From positions 186,001 through 250,000 of the forward strand of contig NC_134034.1 of NCBI RefSeq assembly GCF_964204645.1: a stretch of DNA of 64,000 nucleotides, in the 5' to 3' direction. The stretch is from Tubulanus polymorphus. Its lineage: Eukaryota > Animalia > Nemertea. The position numbers and the translations under genes were made by a program. Numbering within the stretch: position 1 is the first letter of the stretch; every line of letters begins with the position of its first letter. Below the pieces are notes generated by a model, which saw only the letters and a program-made list of their open reading frames with translations, did no database searches and had not been told where the DNA came from. Shown piece after piece: positions 11,661 through 24,722 of the stretch.

Positions 11661-12897
11661 TCTGTCTGTCGACCTATCTGTCTGTCTGAATACTATCTTT
11701 GGGATACGAACCCATTTACCCCGGGTTGACCGAGCCAAAGCCTCGCGCACTGTACACAATAAATGATGACGTAATGAATGAACCGATACTCCGATAGTCG
11801 TCTCGTTAAAACCGTATCAAAAGTCATCGATTGTTAAAATGATATCTCAAACAGCTGTTTATTACATTCGATATTCGTGAAAGTGAGAGAGAGAGAAAGA
11901 GAGAAAGAGAGTGAATGAGGCAGATATTAAACAAACGCAGCTGCGCCTTTTTACTATACTGTATATTCAATATGTAATTAACAATTGATCCTAAGCACTG
12001 CAGTGGCGGTTACTGCTGCTGCTGCTGCTGATGTTGCTGCTGCGGTTACTGCCGCCTAACTCGAGAGCGGTTCATTTTACACGTTACAGCAATTTGGGAC
12101 GGCACTTAAAATCATGATGCAGATTAGATTATGAAAGGTTTACGCAACAATCCTAAATTACTACGTGTATTAGGTTTAACCCGGGTTATTTAAGCTAGGT
12201 TTGTATGAAGACCGTATACTCATTTCCTATCATCAGTGACAAGTAACGGCCCAGACAGTCAGCCCAGTAGCCCAGACAGCCAGTCCAGTAGCCTAGAAAA
12301 AACCGCTAGCCTCTCCAGACAGCCAACCTAGTGACCTAGACAGCCAGCTCTGTGAACCAGAAAATCGGCCCCGCAGCCCGGTAGCCCAAACAGTCAGCCC
12401 GGTAGCCCAAACAGTCAGCCCGGTAGCCCAAACAGCCAACTCGGGTTCATAGACCGCAGGCATCAAAGTTATCCATAAAACTTAACATAAAACTTGTCAT
12501 AAACTTAAAAATAAAGATATCGAAGTTCAGAAACGGGTAAGAAATTTATCAGTTTATCACAAACCTGAAATATTATCCGAAATAGAACAATTTCAATAAT
12601 TTCAGATTGGATATATTCACGTACTGGACACTTGATATAGTGGACTATCGGTTTACAGCTTTACTGGTGCCCTTTGCTGATTGTTGTAACGTGGCTTAAA
12701 ACTGTATTTGCTTCAAAAATCATACCGTTCAAATTTAAATCGGTTTAATTTTAGACTCTTTTGATTAGGCTTAAAAATAAATGATGATGCCTTCTTTCTC
12801 ATAATCGACCGGGTCATTTAAATGTAAACTGCCGTAAGATTAATGTATAATCAGTTCATTTCTATAACCGTCGGGTCTCAATAACTTCATCTCAAGT

Positions 12898-13156
12898 AAT
12901 GAACAGGGTAGATCAGACAGTGGCCCAATGAACAGGGTAGACCAGACAGTGGCCCAATGGACAGGGTAGACCAGACAGTGGCCCAATGAACAGGGTAGAC
13001 CAGACAGTGGCCCAATGAACAGGGTAGACCAGACAGTGGCCCAATGAACAGGGTAGACCAGACAGTGGCCCAATGAACAGGGTAGACCAGACAGTGGCCC
13101 AATGGACAGGGTAGACCAGACAGTGGCCCAATGAACAGGGTAGACCAGACAGTGGC
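12898..13156. repeat. 29-bp minisatellite (AATGAACAGGGTAGACCAGACAGTGGCCC), ~9 copies
   Basis: Direct tandem units. Confidence 0.95.
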
Positions 13157-13866
13157 ACAGAGCTCGGTCAACTTTTAAGCTCAGTAGATATAAGAAACGA
13201 GGTGTCGATTGTCTTAAGCCTTAAGCCGTTTATAAAAATGAAATAAATTGAATAATTCATTTTACTTTAGTTTGCATAATAGTTTTAAAACATTTTTCTT
13301 ACTAATTATTAATGTATTACCTTTGTCTGCATCGTGTCTGAAAGCTACTGCTCGTGCTGGTGCTACTGCCGCTGCTGCTGCTGGTACTGCTGCTGCTGTG
13401 CCGTGTCCAACACTTCTCTCAACTACAATTCAACTAACACATATATCGAAGTGTCGTCCCACACCCCTTAAATCCACACGTGTCGCTAGCATGTGGTATA
13501 CGCGGTAAAAAAAATCACCTCATGTTCGATTTAGTATTTTTATTTTTCTCTCAGTCAATGATGGCAAATATTGCGCTGATCGTACCGGATTTCAATGTTT
13601 ATCGTGTAAATATTGAACGCCGTAGAAAATGGCGTCGGATTCATATGGCGATCGATTTTACGAGACAAATGTTCGTTTAATGTTCAAATTTCAGCGATGA
13701 ATGAATGGAATTAGACTCGTACACGATCCACTCGCAGTGGATCTCGTGCTGCAAGATCTTTTATAAGGGATCGTTAATTAAAAAAGGGGGAAATTTTACA
13801 CCAAAATTTTCTGGCTCTAAAGGTGATGTACCCCAACCAAAGGTTACCATCGCCAAAATTAGTCAA

Positions 13867-14174
13867 CTAACCCTAACCCTAGGGTGGGCCGTAACCCTAA
13901 CCCTAGGGTGGGCCGTAACCCTGACCCTAGCTCGCCTGTAACCCTAACCCTAGCAGGTCTCGAACCTGTGACCTCAATCCTGCCAGCCGAGCACCCAAAC
14001 CACTAGACCATAGACCAGTAGTAATTGAACGAGTTTGTAAGTTAGACTGGTAAGTGTGGTGACCGGTGACCAGTCAGGTGTGGTGACCGGTGACCAGTCA
14101 GGTGTGGTGACCGGTGACCAGTCAGGTGTGGTGACTGGTCACCAGTCGGGTGTGGTGACCGGATAACAATACCC
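13867..14174 (-). mobile_element. Composite repeat copy 1: 24-bp minisatellite + tRNA-like module (13951-14016) + TTAGGG units
   Basis: Minus strand shows A box TGGTCTAGTGG and B box GGTTCGAGACC followed by TAGGGTTAGGG. Homologous to the copies at 23395 and 55180. Confidence 0.8.
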
Positions 14175-14549
14175 GGTTACATATTTGGGGCTCCTTCCAG
14201 TAAAGATGGCTGACTTAATCATTGCAGTAAAGATGGCAGCTATCATAGACTCATTACTCATAAAATAATCATTTTGGAAATTGTCATACAGTTGTTTGCG
14301 TTCTCGTGTCAGAATAGCGTCAGTTCATTCCGTCATTTCATCTGCTGGATAATTTATCAGTTGAGATGAGTCGTTTAAATCATGATATAAAACGGTTATT
14401 GATTATTTATCATTTTCAGCATCAATCGATCTTCATTATACAATAATCGATCTTAGTTTCCATAACGACCGACATTTATTTATATTAGTTCAGACGATAC
14501 CTTATTGATGGAAGCCTAGAATGACATCCATCCCATCACATAGTGGTTA

Positions 14550-14680
14550 CGTGGGTTTAATTTGACTCTGAACCCAGTTCCACAATCGTGTGGGTTTATT
14601 TTGATTCTGGATCCAGTTCCACAATCGTGTGGGTTTATTTTGATTCTGGATCCAGTTCCACAGTTGTGCGGGTTTAATGT
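14550..14680. repeat. 39-bp CCACACAACTGTGGAACTGG satellite, short inverted array
   Basis: Same unit as the arrays at 20120, 25824, 32913 and 40395. Confidence 0.85.
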
Positions 14681-15124
14681 GACGCCCATGTTCCACCCAG
14701 CCCCTATATTTCACCATAAGCCATATTTATCGTGTGTTCTGTAATGATTACCTGGAAACGATTTAAATTACTTAGAAATGAAATCGATTCTAATATATAA
14801 AAGTTTAATATTCTCACGGGTGTATGCTATTTGTAAATACCTCGCCGTAAGCGTCGTGTGAACTCGTGTGACACAAGTTGTACCAATTAGAGTTAATTAG
14901 TTATAAATACTAAGAGGTGGTATTAATGGGTAATTGAGTCAGCGCGGTTGCTGGAAACAGTAACAACAATGTGAAGTGTGTCTGGTGCGAAGGTGATGCT
15001 GTAGTTTACACAAAATCCTCTAGGACCGGTTCTTCCTTAGTTGAGACTTAAGTCCAAAAGTCGTCCAAAATCTTAAGACTGGACTTAGACTGTTAGATTT
15101 GCTTGAGAACTGAGATGGTACCAA

Positions 15125-15390
15125 CATCCTACAATCTGATTGGTCCAGGAGCTTCATCCTGCAATCTGATTGGTTCAGGAGCTTCATCCTACAATCTGAT
15201 TGGTCCAGGAGCATCATCCTACAATCTGATTGGTCCAGGAGCTTCATCCTACAATCTGATTGGTCCAGGAGCTTCATCCTGCAATCTGATTGGTCCAGGA
15301 GCTTCATCCTGCAATCTGATTGGTCTAGGGGCTTCATCCTGCAATCTGATTGGTCTAGGAGTTCCATCGTACAATCTGATCGATCTAGGG
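15125..15390. repeat. 30-bp minisatellite (CATCCTRCAATCTGATTGGTCCAGGAGCTT)
   Basis: About 9 tandem units. Confidence 0.95.
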
Positions 15391-15828
15391 TCATTTGCAT
15401 AATACATAGCGTGTTTACCTGCGTGGAAGATTTTGCACAAGATTTTGTAGCTAAGAAGACAAGAAACTCAATTGGCTTTGAAGTAGATTTCTGTTAGGTT
15501 TATTGTCTCGATCAAAGGGTTTATAATAGATGCGCCGCGCTGCCTGTCACACAGTTACAGCACCAATAATCAATTACCATTTCAAAACATGACAGAATTT
15601 TACATTTGAGAAAATTACAGCGATATTCATCGCACGAGCGCGCGCGTATTTAATGGATTTTCTGCAAATGACATTTTGATCATAATCAACTTGAAATGAA
15701 GTAAAATCGATATTGATTGACGTTTGAGATAGGTTTCGACGTCGGGAACAGTGTGATGAGGGGATCTGACGCCGGGTTACGACGATGGTTAGATCAGTTT
15801 CAGAAACATCATGAAATCCTCGGTTAAG

Positions 15829-16098
15829 GAGGTCACAGTTCAGTTAATGAGGTCATTGTTTAGTTAATGAGGTCACAATGCAGGTAATGACGTCACTGTT
15901 TAGGTAATGACGTCACTGTTTAGTTAATGAGGTCACAATGTAGGTAATGACGTCATTGTTTAGGTAATGACGTCACTGTTTAGTTAATGAGGTCACAATG
16001 TAGGTAATGAGGTCATTGTTTAGGTAATGACGTCACTGTTTAGTTAATGAGGTCACAATGTAGGTAATGAGGTCACAATTCTGGTAATGACGTCACAG
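15829..16098. repeat. 20-bp minisatellite with 60-bp higher-order period (TGACGTCA/TGAGGTCA cores)
   Basis: Units align every 20 and 60 bp. Confidence 0.9.
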
Positions 16099-16117
16099 TT
16101 GTATATTATTGTATGTC

Positions 16118-16393
16118 TAATGAAGACTGTGGCCGTGGCAACCGTGTTATATATTCAAATATAAATTTATCTGACCAGGTCCTTCAGTAACTCGCTCAGT
16201 TCGAGACGGCATACAGACCTTTCACGGACCACTCATGCGCGATCTATAGATTGATCGGATAGGTCAGTTTTGGATTGTTCTGGTACAATACAGATTGTTG
16301 CTTGTACGACAAGAGGTCACGTTATTGTCACGTGATGACAGTCCGTGACTCAGATCTCTACACGAGAACGTTACAATGAAACAGCGACTAGAA
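16118..16393 (+). mobile_element. Unclassified ~275-bp dispersed repeat, copy 1
   Basis: Highly similar direct copy at 36939-37215. Confidence 0.85.
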
Positions 16394-16965
16394 GTAAACC
16401 GTATGCGGGTCCTAGTTTTCCTAGGAAGCGGAATACGAATGATTTTGAATCCTAGGAAAAATTCGAAGGTCGCTGGTGGACTGGATCAAAAGCTCCGAGT
16501 GAAAGAGTGTGGGCGTCAAAACTACGAGGTATTTTTTTCGATATAAATTGGCAAAGCCTTTGAACTGCGATATTACCGAGGCATCAAACATCGTTTACTG
16601 AGCGCCGGACAAAAAAAACCACGTCCTCGCTGTAATAAAACGTCATCATCTCGAATCAATAGAGACTGTGCATCAAAGGTTCTGGGAGCTTAATGGGAAG
16701 TAATTAAGCGGGTTAAACCGCCCTCCGGACACGAGACCTATGGCGGCACTATATCCATATACTCGATATAATAGCTCTGTTTAGTGGTGGACTAATTGAT
16801 TCCCCTCCCAGGAGACTATTCAATCAAACAACTAATGCTTGCTTGAAATAAATAGTTTTTTTTTGCTCGCATCAGGACCGCGACATATCGAATCTACTTA
16901 ATTAGCTCAGGATAATCTAGGTCTAATCATGGATTATAAAACGTAGGTCTAATTCATTAAATCAT

Positions 16966-17148
16966 GGACCAGTTGTGCAGCTTAGACTTAAGACCAGTCT
17001 TAGCTCATCTTAGTTCTATTCTATCTAACAACTCGTAAGACCAGTCTTAACTCATTTTGGTTCTATAGCCAGTCTTAAAACCAGTCTCAAACCAGTCTTA
17101 AGACAACTTATAGAGATTTGGGCCATGACTGTGCAACTGATGGCCCCG
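16966..17148. mobile_element. MITE family with AAGACCAGTCTT internal repeats; relatives at ~15020, 25200-25420, 42062-42385, 48420-48550, 50085-50175
   Basis: Termini CCAGTTG..CAG / CTG..CAACTG; shared TTAAGACTGGTCTTAAGTTGTTAGATT internal motif. Confidence 0.7.
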
Positions 17149-17494
17149 GGAGAACCAAACCTGGATCCTCGCACACTTCGAGGACCTGGATCCTCGAACA
17201 CTTCGAGGACCTGGATCCTCACACAGAGGAGGAAAAAACCAGGAAATGTTTTTTACTATGGCATTTGAACGCTGTGTAGACACCTATTTGAGCGATTAAG
17301 CCCTGGATTAAATCGACTGAGCCACTGCCGCCCAGGGCCCTGATAAATCCATCCAGGGACCTGCTCAATTAGAAAAACATGAAATAGGGAAAAAAAACAT
17401 ACACAGTTAGTGATAGTAGTTATGCTATCATTTGGTGTATATTGACTGATTCATTTCATATCGAAATTGATCATTGTTGACGACAAACCGAGAC

Positions 17495-17673
17495 CCGCTG
17501 CCGGTACCGCTGTCGCTGCTGTCGCTGCTGGTGCTGCTGCCGGTACTGCTGTCGCTGCTGGTGCTGCTGGTGCTGCTGCCGGTATCGCTACTGCTGCTGG
17601 TGCTGCTGCCGGTACCGCTGCCGCTGCTGGTGCTGCTGCCGGTACCGCTGCTGGTGCTGGTGCTGTTGCTGGT
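17495..17673. repeat. Degenerate (GCT/GGT/GCC)n low-complexity tract
   Basis: Trinucleotide-based repeat; the Ala/Gly-rich ORF here is an artefact. Confidence 0.8.
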
Positions 17674-20119
17674 TAGAGCGCATCGAAAACCAATTGCGTG
17701 TGTGAGTGCGTGGTGTTGCGTGTGCGTGTTTGATGGATTTGTAACTGCTAATTGAACATGCTCCGATACGTCACAGCGGAAGTGTGCTGACAGACCGAGT
17801 TATCACACGCGGTGAAATACCTGTCATATACAACGCCTTCCTGAATGATCATGATGATATCCCCCAATGACGTCACCGAATCACCCCGTGCTAAGGAATT
17901 TGATGATATCCCTAAAAACCTTCCTGTAAAAAACATTGTTCTTTTGATTTATCGTTTAAAAGACGTACAAAAAAATAAACGGACGGATCTCATCGAGAAC
18001 CCGTTTCCCATTCGCGGTGACAACAACATCCCTGACCCTGACCTTTTACGGGTGAGACCACCCCTGACCCTTTAGGGGGTAGGGGGTTAAAGTAGCGTTA
18101 TTTTATTGAGGGAAAGTCTTCAAATGTCGATTAAGAAAATATAGGTCAACAGTATTTGTTTCTAATCAATGATCTGAAGACATTTAAAAGTCACAATCGA
18201 TGTCGACGTTTCTCGGTGAGAACCGGTTTCTATTGAATACGGCGGCCGGGTGTGAACTATATCTGACGCGGTGCGCTGTGTTTGGGACGTTTTAAAGTCC
18301 TGCAAATTGTTAACCATACAATAACACATATTCACTCATACAACACCGCGACAGAAATTCCGATAAACGGAACATTGAAACGGCCGCGAGGACGCGGGTT
18401 CGTGTGGTAGGTCTCTCCGAGCAGCGAGTAGATTGCGCGCGCGTTGAGAGCTCTGAGGGCGCTGAGATAGTCAGTCAGTGGCGCTGTATCTACTGTCAGT
18501 GTGTGTGGCGTGTTTACCCGTTTAGTCCGCGTGTAAATAAATTGTTATCATATCAATTATGACGACGGTTGTACAGATAATAAATAGGTCTGCTGGTCGG
18601 CAATGAGACGACACACAGTCACGACACACAGTCAGTACACGGTCCTGATAGTGCGCGCGTAGGCAGCGAGTTCGGGGTGTCTCATAACTGTCTGTCTCTA
18701 TCAAACAAACTGTCAAACTTTTCTCGACTCTCGTTCGTACAAGGATAACATTTTATAAAAACACTACTTTACGCGGTAACACAAAGTTCTCAAGGATTTA
18801 TTTCACGGATTTCTATTTATAGAAGTGACTCGGATGGTAGTTTAGGGAATACAGGAATCGCAGGAATTCAGTAAACAGTGAATTCTATTTCGTCAAGAAC
18901 GAAGCGAATTTTTTATCGCTGAGATATCGAATATCTGGTATTGTTGCGCATGCGCGCGCGTGTGTTCGGGTGCAGCGACAACTTGCAGGAAGTTTGTAGC
19001 AGTTTAAACTGTGATCTGACAGAGCGTCAACTGACATCAACAGTGTGAACAGGATTGGACTGTGTACTGATATCTGTGACTAAAACTATATCAGAATTAT
19101 TTCCATCGAGATACATCAGTTATTGGTTACGGTAAGTGTTCTCTCCGCCTCCACTAACCACGTGCTGGCTGGTGTAGTATATTATAAATTGATTTATGTT
19201 TCGGGTCAGAGCGATTGTGATCTAATCGCTATTCATTGAAAACAATCAACTGACTTTTTCTTTCTGTATCAAAACGACATTCCGTGTATAGAAATAACGC
19301 TTTAAATAGATTTGGGGAAAACGTATTTCCGAAGTTGAGTATTAGTGATGACACACTACCGCAGCTACACGCAGTTCTATCACACCCGCAATCTAACAAC
19401 ATTCATTCTAAAACAAGGAAGTGATTCACAGAAACAGGTCCTCCCACTCACCACAACTAGTTTCACAGATTTACACTAGGTGGCGTTCATTCACACAGAA
19501 ACAGGTCCTCCCACTCACCACAACTAGTTTCACAAATCTACACTAGGTGGCGTTCGATAACTAAGCCTGGGTGTTTAAATCTTGGGCGAGTTTGGAAACC
19601 TTGGGAAATCTTTGTCTCCGTGAGGATACAGGCCCAAAGTGTTACCCAACAACATTTACAAGGTGCTGCACCCTGCGAACTATCCCTGGCACGCGAGGCG
19701 TGTTTATATCCAGACATGTGGATTATGGAGAAAAAAAAAATCTACATCAAACGATTAGTCACTAATTACTGGATAAAACCATCCGGTATTAATACCTCCT
19801 AACAACGACCTCCACACGACCTCCACACAACCTCTCCTAGACCTCCCTCTAATCGACTATTAAGGACGGCCGAATACAAACCGGTACTGAGAGTGGATGT
19901 CTACATGTAAACAATCAGTCTAAACAATTTACATCTAAATGGAAAATTCTTTATGATTATGTTGATATATGATAGGGTTATATTTCATATCTCTCCGGTG
20001 TAAAGTACTGATTGAGACCGTCTGCTCGCTACACACAGACCGATATCAGTGGAATATCAGTTAAACAATGATGGCTTTTAAAATGAATATACTACAAGAG
20101 TTAATCGATGCCCCTTTAC

Positions 20120-20802
20120 TGTGCGGGTTTAATATGATTCTGAACCCAGTTCCACAGTTGTGAGCTCTGAATCCAGTTCCACAGTTGTGAACTCTGAATC
20201 CAGTTCCACAGTTGTGTGGGTTTAATTTGACTCTAGATCCAGTTCCACAGTTGTGAACTCTGAATCCAGTTCCACAGTTGTGAACTCTGAATCCAGTTCC
20301 ACAGTTGTGAACTCTGAATCCAGTTCCACAGTTGTGAACTCTGAATCCAGTTCCACAGTTGTGTGGGTTTAATTTGACTCTAGATCCAGTTCCACAGTTG
20401 TGAACTCTGAATCCAGTTCCACAGTTGTGAACTCTGAATCCAGTTCCACAGTTGTGTGGGTTTAATTTGACTCTAGATCCAGTTCCACAGTTGTGAACTC
20501 TGAATCCAGTTCCACAGTTGAGTGGGTTTAATTTGACTCTAGATCCAGTTCCACAGTTGTGAACTCTGAATCCAGTTCCACAGTTGTGAACTCTGAATCC
20601 AGTTCCACAGTTGTGTGGGTTTAATTTGACTCTAGATCCAGTTCCACAGTTGTGAACTCTGAATCCAGTTCCACAGTTGTGAACTCTGAATCCAGTTCCA
20701 CAGTTGTGTGGGTTTAATTTGACTCTAGATCCAGTTCCACAGTTGTGAACTCTGAATCCAGTTCCACAGTTGTGAACTCTGAATCCAGTTCCACAGTTGT
20801 GT
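20120..20802. repeat. Satellite array of mixed 27-bp and 39-bp units (CAGTTCCACAGTTGTG core)
   Basis: Mostly a 27-27-39 higher-order pattern. Confidence 0.95.
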
Positions 20803-22383
20803 GAATGGAACACTGTAGTGGATGGTACAACGGAAACAAACACTTGTATTTTATACGAAAGTTTATTCAGCCACTTGTGGCTTGTCATAAAATCATTTTC
20901 ATTTTTTGCTTATAAAATCTAAACAAATGAAACATAAGGTTTACAAACAAAGTTTCAGCAGCGCAAATATTGACTCGATAATAAATAGACACTCAATATT
21001 TCAATATAGGCTGAAACTCGGTTGAAATGAGTTCATTTTATAAAAACTGAATTTCAAGCAGTTTTGAATGGTTTGAAGAGAAAAGAGAGAGAGGAGAGTG
21101 ACGAGTGAGAGGAGGGAGCGAGGGAGAGAGAGAGTAAGAGGAAGATGAAGAGAGAGAGAGGGCCACAGAATGAAAATGTTGGATCCAGTAAACACAAACC
21201 TATAGATAAACGTAGATAAATCATTCGGGTTTTGTTTTACTGATTTCAAATCAGAGAAAATCGACTTCATTTTGTGAATTTGAACTCATATGATTTTGTT
21301 GTTTTTGCCCGCAAGAAAAAATCTCATCAGTTCAGTAGTAGCGGCAACTGATGTGACATAAAGCGATGTAATTACAATGTAACCAGTGTATATATTTACA
21401 TTGTGCACTCGCGCTATTGTGAGTTTACTGGGAAAAAGCAAATAACGATTTTCAGATAGTAAAAAAAAAGCAGTGAATTAAGTGCACCGCGCGCGCATCT
21501 ACGCAATAATGCCGGTAGTTCGTATTTCGTCGCGTCGGTAACAAAGCGAGTTTTAACGACGGGTTTTCCCGACGGACGACACGGCGACTCGTCGCGCGCC
21601 GTCGCCGCCGCCGACATTTATATCGGTTTAATAGATACTGCGAGAAATACAGCAGAAAAATGGAATCGGTCCCCAGTGGCGCCATCTGATTGCGAGATGG
21701 CTTGAACAATGTCCGCCAGACATGTGGCTAAAATGTTTTGTTAGTACCCAGATACAACCGAGGGGTCAGTTACAGGTCGGGGAGGCAGGCTTGTTTTGTT
21801 AGTACCCAGATACTACCGACAGGTCAGTTACAGGTCGGGGAGGCAGGCTTGTTTTGTTAGTACCCAGATACAACCGAGGGGTCAGTTACAGGTCTATCAC
21901 CACTGGTAGTTGATGTCCTAGTACACACTGGCGACACCTGGTGGATCCTCTTCACGCCACTAATAGAATCCTCTCTATCACCACAGGTAGTTGATGTCCT
22001 AGTACACACTGGCGACACCTGGTGGATTATCCTCACTTGATGCTCAATAATAGTTTTCGAATATATATTTTATGAAATGATGTTTAATCACGTTGTGAAT
22101 ATGAACCACGCCCTGATTTATATTCAATCCGCTGTAGCAGTTTAAAATGCGTCTCTCTCTGTTTTAAAACTCAATTCGCAACAAGCGATTATCATTCATC
22201 AGTCATTCGATATCATTCATCAGTCATTCGATATCATTCATCAGTCATTCGATATCATTCATAAGTCATTCGATTATCATTCATCAGTCATTCGATAATT
22301 TGCGATTCCACTTGGGAAACTGTTAAACCGGATCCAGGGGGGTCATGTTTCACAATCGAGACCTAACAATCAAAAAGTTGTTA

Positions 22384-22519
22384 CAGGGCTAAGTTTCACA
22401 AAAAAAGTTAAACTCAGATTTTTGGTGTAATTGCCATTGGTTACTTCATGTTTTCAATGAGGACAACAATTCAAACTTAACCGTTTCAAGCTTACAGTTT
22501 TTCGTGAAACTGGGCCCTG
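22384..22519. mobile_element. MITE (CAGGGCYMAGTTTCAC termini), possibly nested in an older MITE (~22336-22601)
   Basis: Imperfect TIR related to the 6825 element. Confidence 0.7.
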
Positions 22520-23029
22520 GTCTCGAGTTGATTGACAATGAGTTTAGACTGGTCTCAAATCTGAGCGATGACTATTTATGGAACTGTATCGACTGGGGTC
22601 TGGTTAGACACGCAGTCTGTCTGATTGAGTACCGGTACTATATTCTCTGCCTGTTTATAGCAATGTCAATAAACTAAACGTGGATATATATTTGAAGTAA
22701 TGTTCGACGCTGTCGTCAGTTGGTTGACACATCCTCAAATGTAGTCAATATCAGCCCGAGGAATGCTATCAGTTTTATGGCCGCGAATATTTCAATGATT
22801 TTTTTTCAAGTGGTGCGCGATGGATTTCGACAGATTTCGTAGTTAATGACGACGGCGGTGACGGTTGATGCTGATGAGAACACGCGTTGATAATTGACGG
22901 GCCGGAAATACGCTGCCGTCGTCACTATGGTAGCGTGACCTTGACGACAGTAACTAACAACTAAAGAAAGACGACATGTTTTGCATTTATACAGATTCAT
23001 ATAATACACATACTAATATCCTCCCATCT

Positions 23030-23266
23030 TTTCCTCCTCCCCTCCTCCTCTCTCCTCCCCTCCTCCTCCCCCTCTCCTCCCTCCTTCCTCTCCTCCCCTC
23101 TCCTCTCCCCTTCCCCTCTCCTCTCCCCTTCCCCTCTCCTCCCAACCTCTCCTCCCCCTCTCCCCTTCCCCTCTCCTCTCCCCTTCCCCTCTCCTCCCAA
23201 CCTCTCCTCCCACCCTCTCCTCCCTCCTTCCTCTCCTCTCACCCTCTAAATAGACACTTTCCTGCA
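23030..23266. repeat. Polypyrimidine (CT-rich) low-complexity tract
   Basis: Almost exclusively C/T. Confidence 0.9.
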
Positions 23267-23394
23267 CAAAATAGGAATTTTCCAACAGAAAAAGGTACAA
23301 GTCTTCTAAAAAAGAGAAAATTATGACAAAAATAGCCTCAACCTCCCAGTTCTGCCGGCCCTAAAAACAGCCATAACCCGTCACTGTGTCTCCA

Positions 23395-23900
23395 TAACCC
23401 TAGGGCTCACCAGTAACCCTAACCCTAGCTCGTAACCCTAACCCTAGCTAGCCCATAACCCTAACCCTAGCAGGACTCGAACCCGCGACCTCCAACATAC
23501 CAACCGAGCACGCTACCCACTAGACCATAGATCAGTAGCGACTGTCTGAGTTTGTAAGTTAGTCTGCTCAGTGTGGTGACCTGGTGACCAGTCAGGTGTG
23601 GTCTCTGGCGACCAGTCAGGTGTGGTCTCTGGCGACCAGTCAGGTGTGGTCTCTGGCGACCAGTCAGGTGTGGTAACTGGTGATCAGTCAGGTGTGGTAA
23701 CTGGTGACCAGTCAGGTGTGGTGTCCGGAGACCAGTCAGGTGTGGTAACTGGTGACCAGTCAGGTGTGGTAACTGGTGACCAGTCAGGTGTGGTAACTGG
23801 TGACCAGTCAGGTGTGGTAACTGGTGATCAGTCAGGTGTGGTAACTGGTGACCAGTCAGGTGTGGTAACTGGTGATCAGTCAGGTGTGGTAGTAATACCC
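23395..23900 (-). mobile_element. Composite repeat copy 2: ~13 x 24-bp units + tRNA-like module (23468-23533) + TTAGGG units
   Basis: A box TGGTCTAGTGG and B box GGTTCGAGTCC on the minus strand; homologous to copies 1 and 3. Confidence 0.8.
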
Positions 23901-24024
23901 GCTTTCATTCTCTATGAGCAATGTAAAAGTTTTAGGTTCTCTTAGTTTTAAATATCACTATGTAAAAGTTCAGAGGCTGCATATATAAACTCCACAACCA
24001 GGAAGGGTTTACAGAACAGCCGAA

Positions 24025-24064
<40 letters not shown>

Positions 24065-24602
24065 GGCGTGAAATACAATAATATTTATAATTCAATGATA
24101 CGTAAGTTCGAGATGTAAGCACTAATATTTAGTCTATGATATAGCTGTAAGGAACTGAGGATATCTTTGTTTGTTTGCTGGGGGGGTTCTCTATACAGAG
24201 TACTGTATATTCCTACTCTGTACTCTATATATATAATGAACCATAACGACAATAATTTCTGATCTTTTTATCATTGATTGTACGGAAACATATGTTTGAT
24301 ATTTTATGAGAAATTGATTATTACGATACATATGTCCAACATTTTATTACCACGGTGAATATATATAGACTTAAACGCCTGGGATTTTCTGCGTTTACGA
24401 AAAGCAATCATATGAGTAAAAAGTATTGAATAATTTCCGGCCTCACTGAAACATCGCCATGTATTCAAATACTACAGTCATCTGCCAGAACTATGTAGGG
24501 CCTAATTGATTGTCATTACAGATATATGCAGGGGCCAAAAAAAATCTACAAATTTCTCACATTTCAATTTAACAATTCTTTTTGTTGGAAAACAATACCG
24601 TA

Positions 24603-24722
24603 CAGGGGCTGCAGTTGCTGAAAAGTTGGTAAAAGATAACCAGCAGATAAATACCATCTAGTAACAATAAACATTTAATTGTCACTATGTCAACTATCCA
24701 CTGGTTATCTCAACTGCTGCGG
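24603..24722. mobile_element. MITE family GCTGCAGTTGCTGAAAAGTTG; copies also at ~38063, 49948-50075, 59488-59619
   Basis: Shared interior TTTAATTGTCACTATG; the 59488 copy has intact TIRs. Confidence 0.75.

Noticed and set aside
13867-13880. CTAACCCTAAC resembling a telomerase RNA template
   Set aside because: It is part of a multi-copy dispersed element, and no pseudoknot, CR4/5 or H/ACA context is evident.
13951-14016. tRNA-like modules as functional tRNA genes (also 23468, 55231)
   Set aside because: No complete acceptor stem, an irregular anticodon arm that differs between copies, and no T-run terminator.
19020-19137. Strong donor sites (19131/19132; 34231/34232) as GALNT 5' non-coding exons
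   Set aside because: Plausible given the acceptor at 38890, but not supportable without transcript data.
20061-20888. Long repeat ORFs (HNCGTGFRV...; also 25612, 32935, 40231, 40376)
   Set aside because: They are translations of a satellite with stop-free units of 3n length. The satellite occurs in both orientations and inside a GALNT intron.
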